Part shown: positions 10,766-22,495 of the stretch, one piece after another
How positions within the stretch are numbered: the stretch's first letter is position 1
How the letters are laid out: every line of letters starts with the position of its first letter
Assembly: GCA_024709845.1 (NCBI GenBank)
Contig: JANJVX010000146.1
Span: 1-56,946 of the forward strand
Source of the DNA: Burkholderiaceae bacterium
Lineage (GTDB): Bacteria > Pseudomonadota > Gammaproteobacteria > Burkholderiales > Burkholderiaceae_C
DNA length: 56,946 bases
Reading direction: 5' to 3'
The notes under the pieces: model-generated
What the model was told of the DNA's origin: nothing
Seen by the model: only the letters and a program-made list of their open reading frames with translations
Database searches by the model: none
Translations under genes and position numbers: made by a program

Positions 10766-11257
10766 ATGCACCACGGCCTCAAGACCACCGCCTTCGCCCT
10801 CGCCTTCATCGCCACGGCCGCCAGCGCCGAAGGCGTGCGCACCGAGCGCAACATGTCGCTCGACCTGGCCAACCAGATCGCCGCGCACACCGTGGCTGCC
10901 TGCACCGCCGGCGGCTACAACGTGACGGCCACCGTGGTGGACCGCGCCGGCACCGTGCGCGCCGTGCAACGCGCCGACAACGCCGGCCCGCACACGCTCG
11001 AAGCCAGCCGCCTCAAGGCCTACACCTCGGCCTCGGCCAAGAACACCACGCTGGCCATCATGGAAGGCGCGCAGAAGAACCCCGCCGCCGCCAACCTGGG
11101 CCAGATCCCCGGCTACCTGCTGCTGGGCGGCGGCGTGCCGGTGAAGGTGGGCAACGAGGTCATCGGCGCCGTGGGCGTGGGCGGCGCGCCCGGCGGCCAC
11201 CTGGACGAGCAGTGCGCCATGGCGGCAATCGCCAAAGTCCAGGATCAACTCAAGTAA
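10766..11257 (+). CDS. Secreted GlcG/HbpS family heme-binding protein
   Basis: Signal peptide ending ASA; VTATVVDRAG, KAYTSAS, GGGVPV..VIGAVGVGGAPGG..DEQCA; GGAG SD. Confidence 0.88.
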   Translation: MHHGLKTTAFALAFIATAASAEGVRTERNMSLDLANQIAAHTVAACTAGGYNVTATVVDRAGTVRAVQRADNAGPHTLEASRLKAYTSASAKNTTLAIMEGAQKNPAAANLGQIPGYLLLGGGVPVKVGNEVIGAVGVGGAPGGHLDEQCAMAAIAKVQDQLK

Positions 11258-11270
11258 GCAGGCCCCCGCC

Positions 11271-11969
11271 ATGGCACAGCGCAAGCTTCTGTCCTGGGTC
11301 TTGCTGGCGGCGCCCCTGCTGCTGGTGCTGCCCGCACAGGCCCAGGTGGCGCCCACGGCCAGCGAGACCGCCGCCTACCAGGGCCTGCACGCCGCCGCCG
11401 CACGCGGCGACACCGCCGGGCTGCAGCGCCTGCTGGCCGCGCGGCCCGATGTGAATGCGCGCGACGCCCATGGCCGCACGCCGCTGCACGTGGCCACCTT
11501 CGCGCGCCAGCGCGAGGCGGTGCGCCTGCTGGCCCAGGCGGGCGCGGCGCTCGACCTGCTGGAGAACGACCGCTACGACGCGGTCACCATCGCCGCCGTG
11601 GCCGATGACGAGGAAACGCTGCGCCTGCTGCTGCAGCTGGGCGCCAGCGCCAAGCAAGTGACCAGCCGCTACGACGGCACCGCACTCATCGCCGCCGCCC
11701 ACCTGGGGCATGCGGGCGTGGTGCGCCAGCTCATCGCCGCCGACGCGCCGCTGGACCATGTGAACAACCTGCACTGGACGGCGCTGATCGAGTCCATCGT
11801 GCTCGGCGACGGCGGGCCGCGCCACCAGGCCACGCTGCAGGCGCTGCTCGACGCGGGCGCCAGCACCCGGCTCGCCGACCGCCACGGCAACACGCCGCTG
11901 CAGCTCGCGCGCCAGCGCGGCTATGACGCCATGGTGAAGATGCTGGAGGCGGCCGGCGCGCGCCCGTGA
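11271..11969 (+). CDS. Exported ankyrin-repeat protein
   Basis: Signal peptide ending AQA; GRTPLHVA, GTALIAAA, WTALIES, GNTPLQLA repeats. Confidence 0.9.
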   Translation: MAQRKLLSWVLLAAPLLLVLPAQAQVAPTASETAAYQGLHAAAARGDTAGLQRLLAARPDVNARDAHGRTPLHVATFARQREAVRLLAQAGAALDLLENDRYDAVTIAAVADDEETLRLLLQLGASAKQVTSRYDGTALIAAAHLGHAGVVRQLIAADAPLDHVNNLHWTALIESIVLGDGGPRHQATLQALLDAGASTRLADRHGNTPLQLARQRGYDAMVKMLEAAGARP

Positions 11970-11983
11970 GGGCGGCGCAAAAC

Positions 11984-12036
11984 GCTATTGAATCAATAGC
12001 TTGTAGCGCTTATGGGTAAAGCGCTACAGGCCGATT

Positions 12037-12046
<10 letters not shown>
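11984..12046 (+). repeat. Repeat family A copy 3; contains the dbpA stop codon
   Basis: gctattgaatcaatagct-tgtagcgcttatgggtaaagcgctaca-ggccgatttcattcaaga; two clean hairpins. Confidence 0.9.
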
Positions 12047-13455
<1,409 letters not shown>

Positions 13456-13582
13456 GGGCGGGATTATCCGGCCCGGCCGGGATCCCGGTGGCCCCACCGC
13501 GCTGCGCGCGCGCCACGGCGCATGGAACGGGCACCACCCAGACCAGCGCCCGCGCGCAAGGGCCGCCGCCTCCGAGGGGTGT

Positions 13583-14848
13583 TCACCCCCACAGTGCCAT
13601 GACCCCCACGAAGGCCAGGGTGTGCGCCACGATGCCCGGCGCCACGGCCAGCGCGTAGCGCCAGCCGCCGCTGGCCAGCGCCACCGCGCTCTTGCTGCCG
13701 GCATGCACCAGCAGCGCCGCCATCAGGGCCTGCGCCACGGCCGGGGCCATGGGACTCGCCGGGCCGCCCTGCACCAGCAGGGCCGCAGCCGCCGCATGCA
13801 CATCGGCCAGCGCGGCGAGCAGCGCGCCCACCAGCATGCCGGCATCACCCTGCCAGCGCGTGAGCAACAGCACACCCACTTGCACCGCCGTCAGCAGCGC
13901 CGCGATGAGGGCCGCGTCGCGCAGCTTGAACATGGCCGTGTCGGGCGGGAGTTGAGGACGGGCCTTTCCATCCTCGGGGCCTGCCGTCGCACCCCGCACC
14001 CGCCACCAGCCCCAGGCACCCGCCACAACGGCCCCGGCGAGCGCCGGCGCCCAGAGCCGCGCCAGCCAGGCGGGCTGCACGGCGGCCGCGACCACCACGA
14101 TCTGCGCCATGGTGGCGACGCATGAGAGCACGGCCGCGCCGGTCTGCGCGCGCACGGCCGCGGGGTTCTCGCGCGCCTCCATGCCCAGGCTGGCAATGGT
14201 GGCCGTGCTGGAGATGAAGCCCGAGGCCAGCGCCGACAGCGCCATCGCCTGGCGCGCCTGCAGCAGGCGGCGACCCACGTGCGCCAGCGACTGGATCACC
14301 AGCAGCACCAGCAGCAGGCGCATGACGACGTGCGGGTTCAGCAGCCCCTGCCACAGCGGCGCGTTCGGCACCAGCGGCGCCACCAGCAGCAGCAGCGCCG
14401 CCAGGATGAGGCCGCTGCGCACCTCGCCCGGCTGCAGCCAGTCGCGCGAGAACTGGTGCAGGCTGTCACGTGCCGCCAGCAGGCCCGTGGCGGCCACGGC
14501 CAGCGCGGCGGCGAGCATCTGGTCGCGCGCGCACAGCAAGCCGATCAGGTAGGCCAGCAGCAGGGCGATCTCGGTGGTCACGCCGGGGTCGCCCGAGCGG
14601 TCGCGCGCATAGGCCGTGACCGCCAGCGCCGCGATGAAGACGCCCCCCACGGCCACCAGCGCCGGGGAGCCGATCAGCGCGGCCGCCGCGCCGCTGAGCG
14701 AGGCCAGCGCGAACGAGCGCACCCCCGCGAGCGCGCGAAAAGGCCCGTCGCCCTTGCGCCGCTCACGCTCGATGCCCATGAGCAGGCCGCAGCCCAGCGC
14801 ACTGGCCAGCACCGCCATGGCGGCCGAAAAATCGCCCCACTCCTGCAT
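13583..14848 (-). CDS. MgtC/SapB family protein with DUF4010-type C-terminal membrane domain
   Basis: LGCGLLMGIERE..AGVRSF, DPGVTTEIA, GFISSTAT, LADVHA motifs. Confidence 0.82.
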   Translation of the reverse strand: MQEWGDFSAAMAVLASALGCGLLMGIERERRKGDGPFRALAGVRSFALASLSGAAAALIGSPALVAVGGVFIAALAVTAYARDRSGDPGVTTEIALLLAYLIGLLCARDQMLAAALAVAATGLLAARDSLHQFSRDWLQPGEVRSGLILAALLLLVAPLVPNAPLWQGLLNPHVVMRLLLVLLVIQSLAHVGRRLLQARQAMALSALASGFISSTATIASLGMEARENPAAVRAQTGAAVLSCVATMAQIVVVAAAVQPAWLARLWAPALAGAVVAGAWGWWRVRGATAGPEDGKARPQLPPDTAMFKLRDAALIAALLTAVQVGVLLLTRWQGDAGMLVGALLAALADVHAAAAALLVQGGPASPMAPAVAQALMAALLVHAGSKSAVALASGGWRYALAVAPGIVAHTLAFVGVMALWG

Positions 14849-14998
14849 GCACGCTCCTGCAAACCGTTCCCGGACATGCCCCGATGCTGCCAGAAACCGC
14901 CCGCCCACAGGCCGCCACGCCGCCGCTGAATGCGGACTTGCCCCTAGCCAGGCGTGCCCGGCAATCGGCTATAAAGGACACAAACCGTGCGGCTTGAC

Positions 14999-17062
14999 AT
15001 GCCAGACACAACGAACCACGCCCAGACCCCACCGCCCAGCGAACACCATGACGCGCTGCTGCGGCTGATCGCGGATTCCGTGCCTGCGCTGATGGCCTAT
15101 TTCGACCTTCCCGGCCTGCGCTGCCGCTTTGCCAACCAGGGCTATGCCGCGTTCAACGGGCACAGCGTCGAGTCCATCCTCGGTCTCACCGTGCGCGAGG
15201 CCATCGGCGAGCGGGCCTGGCGGGCCATCGAGCCCCACGTCGAACGCTGCATGCAGGGCGAGCGCGTGAAATACGTGCGCGAGCAGACCCTGCCCAAGGG
15301 CGAAGTGCGCGTCATCGAGGTCAACCTCATCCCGCACGTCAGCGGCCCGGGGCAGCTGGCCGGCGCTTTCGTCCTGATCACCGACATCACCGAGCGCTGG
15401 CGCGCGGAAAACGCGGTGCGCCAGAGCGAGGAGCGCATGCGCAAGTTCGCCGAGGCCACCGACGAGGCCATCGTGTTCCACCGCAACGGCATCATCATCG
15501 ACGGCAACGAGGCGCTGCAGCGCCTCACCGGCTACACGCTGCCCGAGGTGCTGGGCCTGTCGATCTTCAGCTTCATCACCCCCGAATGGCGGCCGGTGGC
15601 GCTGGAATACACCCGCAGCGGGCGCGAGGACCCCTACGAGGTCACCATCACCCACAAGGATGGCCGCACCATCGCGGTGGAGGCGGTGGGCAAGACCATG
15701 CCCATGCGCCACGCCGACTACCGCATCGTCGTCCTGCACGACCTCACCGCGCGCAAGAAGGCCCAGGAGCGCGAGGCCTTCATCGCCCTGCACGACCCGC
15801 TCACGCACCTGCCCAACCGGCACCACCTGATGGAGCAGTTCGACCTGCTGCTGGCGCAGGCCAACCGGCGCCAGGGCCGCTGCGCGGTGCTGTTCATCGA
15901 CCTGGACCATTTCAAGACCATCAACGACTCGCTCGGGCACCACGCGGGCGACCAGTTGCTGTGCGAAGTGGCCGCGCGCATCAAACAGTGCGTGCGCGAC
16001 ACCGACGTCGTGGCCCGCCTGGGAGGCGACCAGTTCGTGGCCGTGCTGACCGATATCCATACGCCGGACGACGCCGCCCTCGTGGCCGACAAGCTGCTGC
16101 ACGCCATGCAGGGAGCGTTCACGCTGGACCACCAGCCCATCACCATGTCCCCCTCCATCGGCATCAGCCTCTTTCCGGACGATGGCGGCACTGGCGAAGT
16201 GCTGCTGCGCTGCGCCGACGCCGCGATGTACCACGCCAAGGAAAGCGGCCGGGGCAACCGCCAGTTCTTCCAGCCCGGCATGGACGGCCGCGCCATGGAG
16301 GTGCTGCAGCAGGAGCGCCTGCTGCGCGAGGCCATCGCCGCGCAGGCCTTCGTGCTGCACTACCAGCCCCAGGTGCGCCTGGCGGATGGCTCGCTCCAGG
16401 GCTTCGAGGCGCTGGTGCGCTGGCAGCACCCGCTGCGCGGCCTGGTGGGGCCGGACGAATTCATCGGCTTCGCCGAGTCACGCGGACTCATCGCGCCGAT
16501 TGGCCGCTGGGTGCTGCACGAGGCCTGCCGCCAGCTCAAGGCCTGGCAGGACGAGGGCCTGGCGCTGGTGCCCATGGCCGTGAACCTCTCGGCGCTGGAG
16601 TTTCGCCAGCGCAACCTGGTGGCCGAGGTGGCCGCCATGCTGCACGCCACCGGCCTGGAGCCGCGCTTCCTGGAGATCGAACTCACCGAATCGGTGCTCA
16701 TGCACCAGACCGGTCCCGTGCTCGACACGCTCAACGACCTCAAGGCGCTGGGCGTGGGCGTGTCGGTGGACGACTTCGGCACCGGCTACTCGTCCCTGAG
16801 CTACCTCAAGCGCTACCCGATCGACAAGCTCAAGATCGACCGTTCCTTCGTCATGGACACACCCGGCGACGCCGACGACGTGGCCATCGTCACCGCCATC
16901 ATCCAGATGGGCCACAGCCTGCAGCTCAAGACCGTGGCCGAGGGCGTGGAAACCGCCGCGCAGATGGCACTGTTGCGCCAGCTGGGCTGCGACCTGGCAC
17001 AAGGCTACCTGGTGTCCGAACCCATGGACGCGCAGGCCGCCCTCCGCTGGCTCCAGAAGTGA
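14999..17062 (+). CDS. PAS-PAS-GGDEF-EAL c-di-GMP signalling protein
   Basis: Two PAS-like domains, HDPLTHLPNR, DLDHFK, GGDQF, FEAL, DDFGTGYSS, AEGVE. Confidence 0.93.
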   Translation: MPDTTNHAQTPPPSEHHDALLRLIADSVPALMAYFDLPGLRCRFANQGYAAFNGHSVESILGLTVREAIGERAWRAIEPHVERCMQGERVKYVREQTLPKGEVRVIEVNLIPHVSGPGQLAGAFVLITDITERWRAENAVRQSEERMRKFAEATDEAIVFHRNGIIIDGNEALQRLTGYTLPEVLGLSIFSFITPEWRPVALEYTRSGREDPYEVTITHKDGRTIAVEAVGKTMPMRHADYRIVVLHDLTARKKAQEREAFIALHDPLTHLPNRHHLMEQFDLLLAQANRRQGRCAVLFIDLDHFKTINDSLGHHAGDQLLCEVAARIKQCVRDTDVVARLGGDQFVAVLTDIHTPDDAALVADKLLHAMQGAFTLDHQPITMSPSIGISLFPDDGGTGEVLLRCADAAMYHAKESGRGNRQFFQPGMDGRAMEVLQQERLLREAIAAQAFVLHYQPQVRLADGSLQGFEALVRWQHPLRGLVGPDEFIGFAESRGLIAPIGRWVLHEACRQLKAWQDEGLALVPMAVNLSALEFRQRNLVAEVAAMLHATGLEPRFLEIELTESVLMHQTGPVLDTLNDLKALGVGVSVDDFGTGYSSLSYLKRYPIDKLKIDRSFVMDTPGDADDVAIVTAIIQMGHSLQLKTVAEGVETAAQMALLRQLGCDLAQGYLVSEPMDAQAALRWLQK

Positions 17063-17136
17063 CCCGCCCCCCGGCGGGACCGGCACCGCCGGAGACATGT
17101 CACATGCCGGTGCCCGGGCTTGTGGACAATAGCCCC

Positions 17137-18618
17137 ATGCCCCAGATTCCCGACTTCATCGCACCGACCCGCCACACCGACCCCGCCGACGCCCTGGCCC
17201 AGGTGCAGCGCATCTACCAGCAGCAGATCGGCCACCTGCGCGGCGCCATGCACCGCTTCGTGGCGGGCGACACTCCGCCCGCCCCCGTGCGCGCCTTCTA
17301 CCCCTTCGTGCGCGTGCACACCACCACCGTGTCCCGCGCCGACAGCAAGCTGGCCTACGGCTTCGTCGAAGGCCCGGGGCGCTACGAAACCACGCTCACG
17401 CGGCCCGACCTGTTTTCCGACTACTACCTGGAGCAGTTCCGCCTGCTGCGGCGCAGCCACGGCGTGGAACTGGAGGTGGGCACGAGCACGCACCCGATTC
17501 CGATCCACTTCTCGTTCGCCGAGCACGACCATGTCGAAGGCCAGCTCGGCCCCGAGCGGCGCATGCTGATGCGCGACCTGTTCGACCTGCCCGACCTCTC
17601 CGCCATGGACGACGGCATCGCCAATGGCACGCGCCAGCACCACCCGGGCGAGGCACAGCCACTGTCGCTGTTCACCGCGCCGCGCGTGGACTACTCGCTG
17701 CACCGGCTGCGCCACTACACGGGCACGCAGCCTGAGTGGTTCCAGAATTTCGTGCTGTTCACCAACTACCAGTTCTACATCGACGAGTTCGTGCGCCTGG
17801 GCCATGCCGAAATGGCCAGGCCCGACAGCGAGTACATCGCTTTCATCGAGCCCGGCAACGTGGTCACACGCCGCGTGGGCCTGGCGGCCGAACCCGGTGA
17901 CGAGCTGGGAGCGCCGCCGCCGCGCCTGCCGCAGATGCCCGCCTACCACCTGATGCGCGCGGACCGCAGCGGCATCACCATGGTGAACATCGGCGTGGGC
18001 CCGGCCAACGCCAAGACCATCACCGACCACATCGCCGTGCTGCGCCCGCACGCCTGGCTGATGCTGGGCCACTGCGCCGGCCTGCGCAACAGCCAGCAGC
18101 TGGGCGACTACGTGCTGGCCCACGCCTATGTGCGCGAGGACCATGTGCTCGACGAGGAGCTGCCGCTGTGGGTGCCCATTCCCGCGCTGGCCGAGATCCA
18201 GGTGGCGCTGGAGCAGGCCGTGGCCGACATCACGCGCATGGGCCGCGACGAACTCAAGCGCATCATGCGCACCGGCACCGTGGCCAGCACCGACAACCGC
18301 AACTGGGAGTTGCTGCCCGACAACCTGCCCCAGCGCCGCTTCAGCCAGAGCCGCGCCGTGGCGCTGGACATGGAGAGCGCAACAATAGCCGCCAACGGCT
18401 TTCGCTTCCGCGTGCCCTACGGCACCCTGCTGTGCGTGAGCGACAAGCCGCTGCACGGCGAAATCAAGCTGCCCGGCATGGCCAACCACTTCTACCGCGA
18501 GCGCGTGGACCAGCACCTGCGCATCGGCATGCGCGCCATCGAGATCCTGCGCGGCGGCGGCGTGCAGCGCCTGCACAGCCGCAAGCTGCGCAGCTTTGCC
18601 GAGGTGGCCTTCCAGTAA
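17137..18618 (+). CDS. amn: AMP nucleosidase
   Basis: RVDYSLHRLRHYTG, LFTNYQFY, PQMPAYHL, NIGVGPANAKTITDH, DMESATIAANG, VSDKPLHGE. Confidence 0.96.
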   Translation: MPQIPDFIAPTRHTDPADALAQVQRIYQQQIGHLRGAMHRFVAGDTPPAPVRAFYPFVRVHTTTVSRADSKLAYGFVEGPGRYETTLTRPDLFSDYYLEQFRLLRRSHGVELEVGTSTHPIPIHFSFAEHDHVEGQLGPERRMLMRDLFDLPDLSAMDDGIANGTRQHHPGEAQPLSLFTAPRVDYSLHRLRHYTGTQPEWFQNFVLFTNYQFYIDEFVRLGHAEMARPDSEYIAFIEPGNVVTRRVGLAAEPGDELGAPPPRLPQMPAYHLMRADRSGITMVNIGVGPANAKTITDHIAVLRPHAWLMLGHCAGLRNSQQLGDYVLAHAYVREDHVLDEELPLWVPIPALAEIQVALEQAVADITRMGRDELKRIMRTGTVASTDNRNWELLPDNLPQRRFSQSRAVALDMESATIAANGFRFRVPYGTLLCVSDKPLHGEIKLPGMANHFYRERVDQHLRIGMRAIEILRGGGVQRLHSRKLRSFAEVAFQ

Positions 18619-18627
18619 TCCAGCGCC

Positions 18628-19785
18628 ATGCAACTGGATTTTCTGACGCTGCTGGCCACCACGGCCATCAGCCTGTTCCTGATCTCGGCGTCGCTGCCGC
18701 TCATCATGGGCCGGAACATCAGCGCCGCCGCCCGCTACGTGCAGGCCACGCTGCTGCTGCAGGCCATGGCCTGGGTGGCCATCATCGTCTCCAACTTCGC
18801 GCCCACCCCGCTGTCCGACCGCGTCATCTCCACCGTCTCCATCGGCTGCGGCATGGCCGCGCAATGGATGAACTACCGCGCCCTGGCCGGCTGGCTGGGC
18901 CCCCGGCCCTGGCCGCGCCTGTTCCAGGTGCTGGCCGTGGCCGCGCCGCTGGGCTACTTTCTGGGTTTCGACAGCTACGCCTTCCGTGTCGGCTGGGCCA
19001 ACATCCTGCTGGCCGCCGTGACGCTGCTGGTGGCGCGCGCCGCGCTGTGGCCGCAATTGCCTGCGGAGGCGGGCTGGCGACGGCTGGTCTTCGCGAGCAT
19101 GCTGACCATGGCCGGCCTGACCCTGGCGCGCGGCGTCCTGGGTGCCTTCACCGACCAGTACCCGCACTTCAGCACGCCCCACCCGGTCAACCTGGCCTTC
19201 GCGCTGGCGGCCTGCGTGACCGTGGCGCTCAACACCATCGCCCTGCTGGTGGCCTGGCGCGACGAGGCCGAGTTCAAGCTGCGCGAACTGGCCGTGACCG
19301 ATCCGCTCACCGGCCTGCCCAACCGGCGCGGCTTCGAAGAGCGCGCCCAGGCCATGCTGGCCCATGCGCGGCGCCACGAGCTGCCACTCACGGCCCTCAT
19401 GCTGGACCTCGACCATTTCAAACAGGTCAACGACCTGCACGGCCACGAAGTGGGCGACCATGCGCTGGAGCTGTTCGCCCGCCTGCTCAAGGACACGCGG
19501 CGCAACGGCGACCTGGCCGCGCGCCTGGGCGGCGAGGAGTTCTGCCTGCTGCTGCACGACGATGCGGCCGCGGGGGTTCCGCTCGACCAGCGCCTGCGCC
19601 AGCGCCTGCAGCAGGCGGCGCCCGCCGAACTGGGCCTGGCGCTGGATTTCAGCGCGGGCATGGCCACACTGCGGCCGGACGACACCGGCATCCTGCCGCT
19701 GCTGGCACGCGCCGACGCAGCGCTCTACGAAGCCAAGACCGCCGGGCGCGGGCGCCTGTGCAGCGCGGCGCCCATTCGCTCCTGA
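18628..19785 (+). CDS. Membrane-bound diguanylate cyclase
   Basis: Multi-TM N-terminus; DPLTGLPNRR; RNGD I-site; intact GGEEF. Confidence 0.92.
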   Translation: MQLDFLTLLATTAISLFLISASLPLIMGRNISAAARYVQATLLLQAMAWVAIIVSNFAPTPLSDRVISTVSIGCGMAAQWMNYRALAGWLGPRPWPRLFQVLAVAAPLGYFLGFDSYAFRVGWANILLAAVTLLVARAALWPQLPAEAGWRRLVFASMLTMAGLTLARGVLGAFTDQYPHFSTPHPVNLAFALAACVTVALNTIALLVAWRDEAEFKLRELAVTDPLTGLPNRRGFEERAQAMLAHARRHELPLTALMLDLDHFKQVNDLHGHEVGDHALELFARLLKDTRRNGDLAARLGGEEFCLLLHDDAAAGVPLDQRLRQRLQQAAPAELGLALDFSAGMATLRPDDTGILPLLARADAALYEAKTAGRGRLCSAAPIRS

Positions 19786-19840
19786 TTCAATAGCTGCTAG
19801 CGCTTACCCATAAAGCGCCAAAGCCATTTTTGACTATCAA
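19778..19840 (+). repeat. Repeat family A copy 4; contains the stop codons of both convergent genes
   Basis: gctcctgattcaatagct-gctagcgcttacccataaagcgccaaa-gccatttttgactatcaa. Confidence 0.9.
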
Positions 19841-21060
19841 TTTTCTGAGGGCGCTGACGCAGGCCGGGTGCCCTCGCCCGGCTGCAGCAGGCGCACCGCC
19901 TCGCGCGCGGCCACGCGGCCTTCATCGGTGGGCACGACCCAGACCTCGACGGCACTGTCCGGCGCGTGGATCGCCTGGATGGCGCCGCCCCGGGCCTGGG
20001 CATTGCGTCCGGCGTCCATGCGCACGCCCATCCAGCCGAGCTGCTCGCACACCTGCGCGCGCAGGATGGCGTCGTTCTCGCCAATGCCGCCGCTGAAGGC
20101 CAGCACATCCAGGCCGCCCATGCTGGCCGCCATGGCGCCCGACTCGCGCACCACACGGTAGGTGAACTGGTCGATGGCACGCTGGGCCGCCGCGCTGCCG
20201 TCGGCGCGCAGGCGCCGCATGTCGGCCGAGATGCCCGAGACGCCGAGCAGCCCGCTCTGCTTGTAGAGCAGCTTCTGGATGCGGTCGTGGTCCCAGCCCT
20301 GCTCCATCAGGTAGAGCAGCACGCCCGCATCAAGCATGCCGCTGCGCGTGCCCATCATCAGGCCGTCAAGCGCCGAGAAGCCCATGGTGGTGGCCACGCT
20401 GCGCCCGCCGCGCGCCGCGCACAGGCTGGCGCCGTTGCCCAGATGGGCCATGAGCACGCGGCCTTGCGCGCGCGGTGCGCGTTCGCGCAGCGTGTCCATG
20501 ATGTAGTGGTAAGACAGGCCGTGGAAGCCGTAGCGGCGCACGCCCTGGCCCGTGAGCGAAGCGGGCAGCGCAAAGGCGCTCGCCACCTCGGGCAGGCTGG
20601 CGTGGAAGGCAGTGTCGAAGCAGGCCACCTGCGGCAGCGCCGGAAAGGCCTGGCGGAAGGAGCGGATGCCCGCCAGGTTGTGCGGCTGGTGCAGCGGCGC
20701 CAGCGAATTGAACCGCGCCAGGCGTTCGAGCACCGCATCGTTGATGAGCACGCTGTCCTGGAACTCCTCGCCGCCATGCACCACGCGGTGCGCCACGGCA
20801 GTGATCCGGGGGGCGCCCTCCAGGCCCGCGAGCAGTTCGCGCAGGCGGTTCAGTGCCTGCACAAAGGGCGTCTCGCCCGGGCCGTTCACGGCCTCACGGC
20901 GCTGCTGCCCGGCAAAGGTCCAGTCCATCCCGGGCTGGCCGCCGGGCTCCAGCCCCTCGATGGTGCCGCCCAGCACGCTGGGCTGCACCTGCCCGCCCTC
21001 CACGGGGTGGAGTGAAAACTTGAGCGAGGACGACCCCGCGTTGACGGAGAGAACGGCCAT
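19837..21060 (-). CDS. ackA: Acetate/propionate kinase
   Basis: NAGSSSLKF, HRVVHGG, APLHQP, FDTAFH, RRYGFHGLSY, HLGNGAS, GGIGEN. Confidence 0.93.
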   Translation of the reverse strand: MAVLSVNAGSSSLKFSLHPVEGGQVQPSVLGGTIEGLEPGGQPGMDWTFAGQQRREAVNGPGETPFVQALNRLRELLAGLEGAPRITAVAHRVVHGGEEFQDSVLINDAVLERLARFNSLAPLHQPHNLAGIRSFRQAFPALPQVACFDTAFHASLPEVASAFALPASLTGQGVRRYGFHGLSYHYIMDTLRERAPRAQGRVLMAHLGNGASLCAARGGRSVATTMGFSALDGLMMGTRSGMLDAGVLLYLMEQGWDHDRIQKLLYKQSGLLGVSGISADMRRLRADGSAAAQRAIDQFTYRVVRESGAMAASMGGLDVLAFSGGIGENDAILRAQVCEQLGWMGVRMDAGRNAQARGGAIQAIHAPDSAVEVWVVPTDEGRVAAREAVRLLQPGEGTRPASAPSEN

Positions 21061-21064
21061 GGCG

Positions 21065-22495
21065 TCACACCTGCACGGCGGCCTGCGACTGGCGCTGGCG
21101 GCGTGCGTCGTAGGCGGCCAGCGTGGCCAGCAAGGCCGAGGACACGCGCGCCGTGGGACCGTCAGCGCGGCTGGTCAGCGCGATCGGCACGCGCGCGCCC
21201 AGCACGATGCCCGAGCCCGAGGCGCCCGCCAGGTACTCGAGTTGCTTGGCCAGCATGTTGCCGCTCTCCAGGTCGGGCACGGCCAGGATGTCGGCATCGC
21301 CCGCCACGTTCGACTCGATGTGCTTGATTTCGGCCGCCTGGGCCGAGATGGCGTTGTCGAAGGCCAGCGGGCCGTCGAGCAGGCCGCCCCTGATCTGGCC
21401 CCGGTCGGCCATCTTGCACAGGGCGGCGGCGTCCAGCGTGGACGGGATGTTGGGGCTCACGGTCTCCACCGCCGAGAGGATGGCCACCTTGGGTTGCTCC
21501 ACGCCCAGGATGCGCGCGAAGTCGATCGCGTTCTGGATGATGTCCTGCTTCTCCGCCAGGCTGGGGCGGATGTTGAGCGCGGCGTCGGTGATGAGCAGCG
21601 GCTTGGGGTAGAGCGGCACGTCGAAGCGGAACACATGCGACATGCGCCGCCCGGTGCGCAGCGCGGGCTGCGCCAGCACGGCCTTGATCATCTCGTCGGT
21701 GTGCAGGCTGCCCTTCATCAGCACCTCGACCTCACGGCGCGCGGCCATGCCGGCGGCCAGCTCGGCCGCAGCGTGGCTGTGTTCGACCGAGTGGATCTCC
21801 ACCCCGTCGAGGTTGATGCCTGCTTCAGCAGCCACCGCGCGGATGCGCGCCTCGGGGCCGATGAGCACGGGCACGATGAGACCGTAGTGCGCCGAATCCA
21901 TGGCGCCGCTGAGCGAGCCCACGTCGCACGGGTGCACCACGGCGCAGCGCACGGCGGGCATGCCGTCGGCCAGCGACAGCAGCTCCTTGAAGCGCGCCTC
22001 GGGGTCGAACAGCTGGATCTGCGGTGCGTTCACCTTGGGAATGCGCACCTTGGCCGTGGGCGGCAGCACCCGGGCCGTGCCGTGCAGCACGCTCTGGCCC
22101 TTCTGGTTGGTGACCAGGCAGTCGAGTTCGACACGCTTCTTCTCGTCGTCCTTGCTGGCCACCGTGACCGTCACGGTCAGCGTGTCGCCGATGCGCACGG
22201 GCTTGGTGAAGTGCAGCACCTGCTCCAGGTAGATGGTGCCGGGGCCCGGAAACTGCGTGCCCAGCAGCGCCGAGATCAGCGCGCCGCCCCACATGCCGTG
22301 GGCGATGACGCCGTGGAACAGCGTGTCGTTGGCATATTCATGGTTCAGGTGGGCGGGGTTGGTGTCGCCCGAGACGGCAGCGAAGGCCTGGATATCGGCC
22401 TGCGTGAGGGTGCGCAGCAGGCGCGCACTCTGGCCCACGCTGAGTTCGTCGTAGGTGACGTTTTCCAGCCATTCGGTGTTCGGTGCCATGTTCAT
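21065..22495 (-). CDS. Bifunctional MaoC-like (R)-enoyl-CoA hydratase / phosphate acyltransferase
   Basis: SGDTNPAH..IAHGM hydratase motif followed by MKGSLHT, LSAVE, DGPLAFDNA, ESGNMLAK, LTSRAD. Confidence 0.92.
   Translation of the reverse strand: MNMAPNTEWLENVTYDELSVGQSARLLRTLTQADIQAFAAVSGDTNPAHLNHEYANDTLFHGVIAHGMWGGALISALLGTQFPGPGTIYLEQVLHFTKPVRIGDTLTVTVTVASKDDEKKRVELDCLVTNQKGQSVLHGTARVLPPTAKVRIPKVNAPQIQLFDPEARFKELLSLADGMPAVRCAVVHPCDVGSLSGAMDSAHYGLIVPVLIGPEARIRAVAAEAGINLDGVEIHSVEHSHAAAELAAGMAARREVEVLMKGSLHTDEMIKAVLAQPALRTGRRMSHVFRFDVPLYPKPLLITDAALNIRPSLAEKQDIIQNAIDFARILGVEQPKVAILSAVETVSPNIPSTLDAAALCKMADRGQIRGGLLDGPLAFDNAISAQAAEIKHIESNVAGDADILAVPDLESGNMLAKQLEYLAGASGSGIVLGARVPIALTSRADGPTARVSSALLATLAAYDARRQRQSQAAVQV

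Noticed and set aside
15586-18618. Apparent 1010-aa AMP nucleosidase fusion
   Set aside because: N-terminal part is an Arg/Pro-rich alternate frame of the GGDEF-EAL gene; amn starts near 17137
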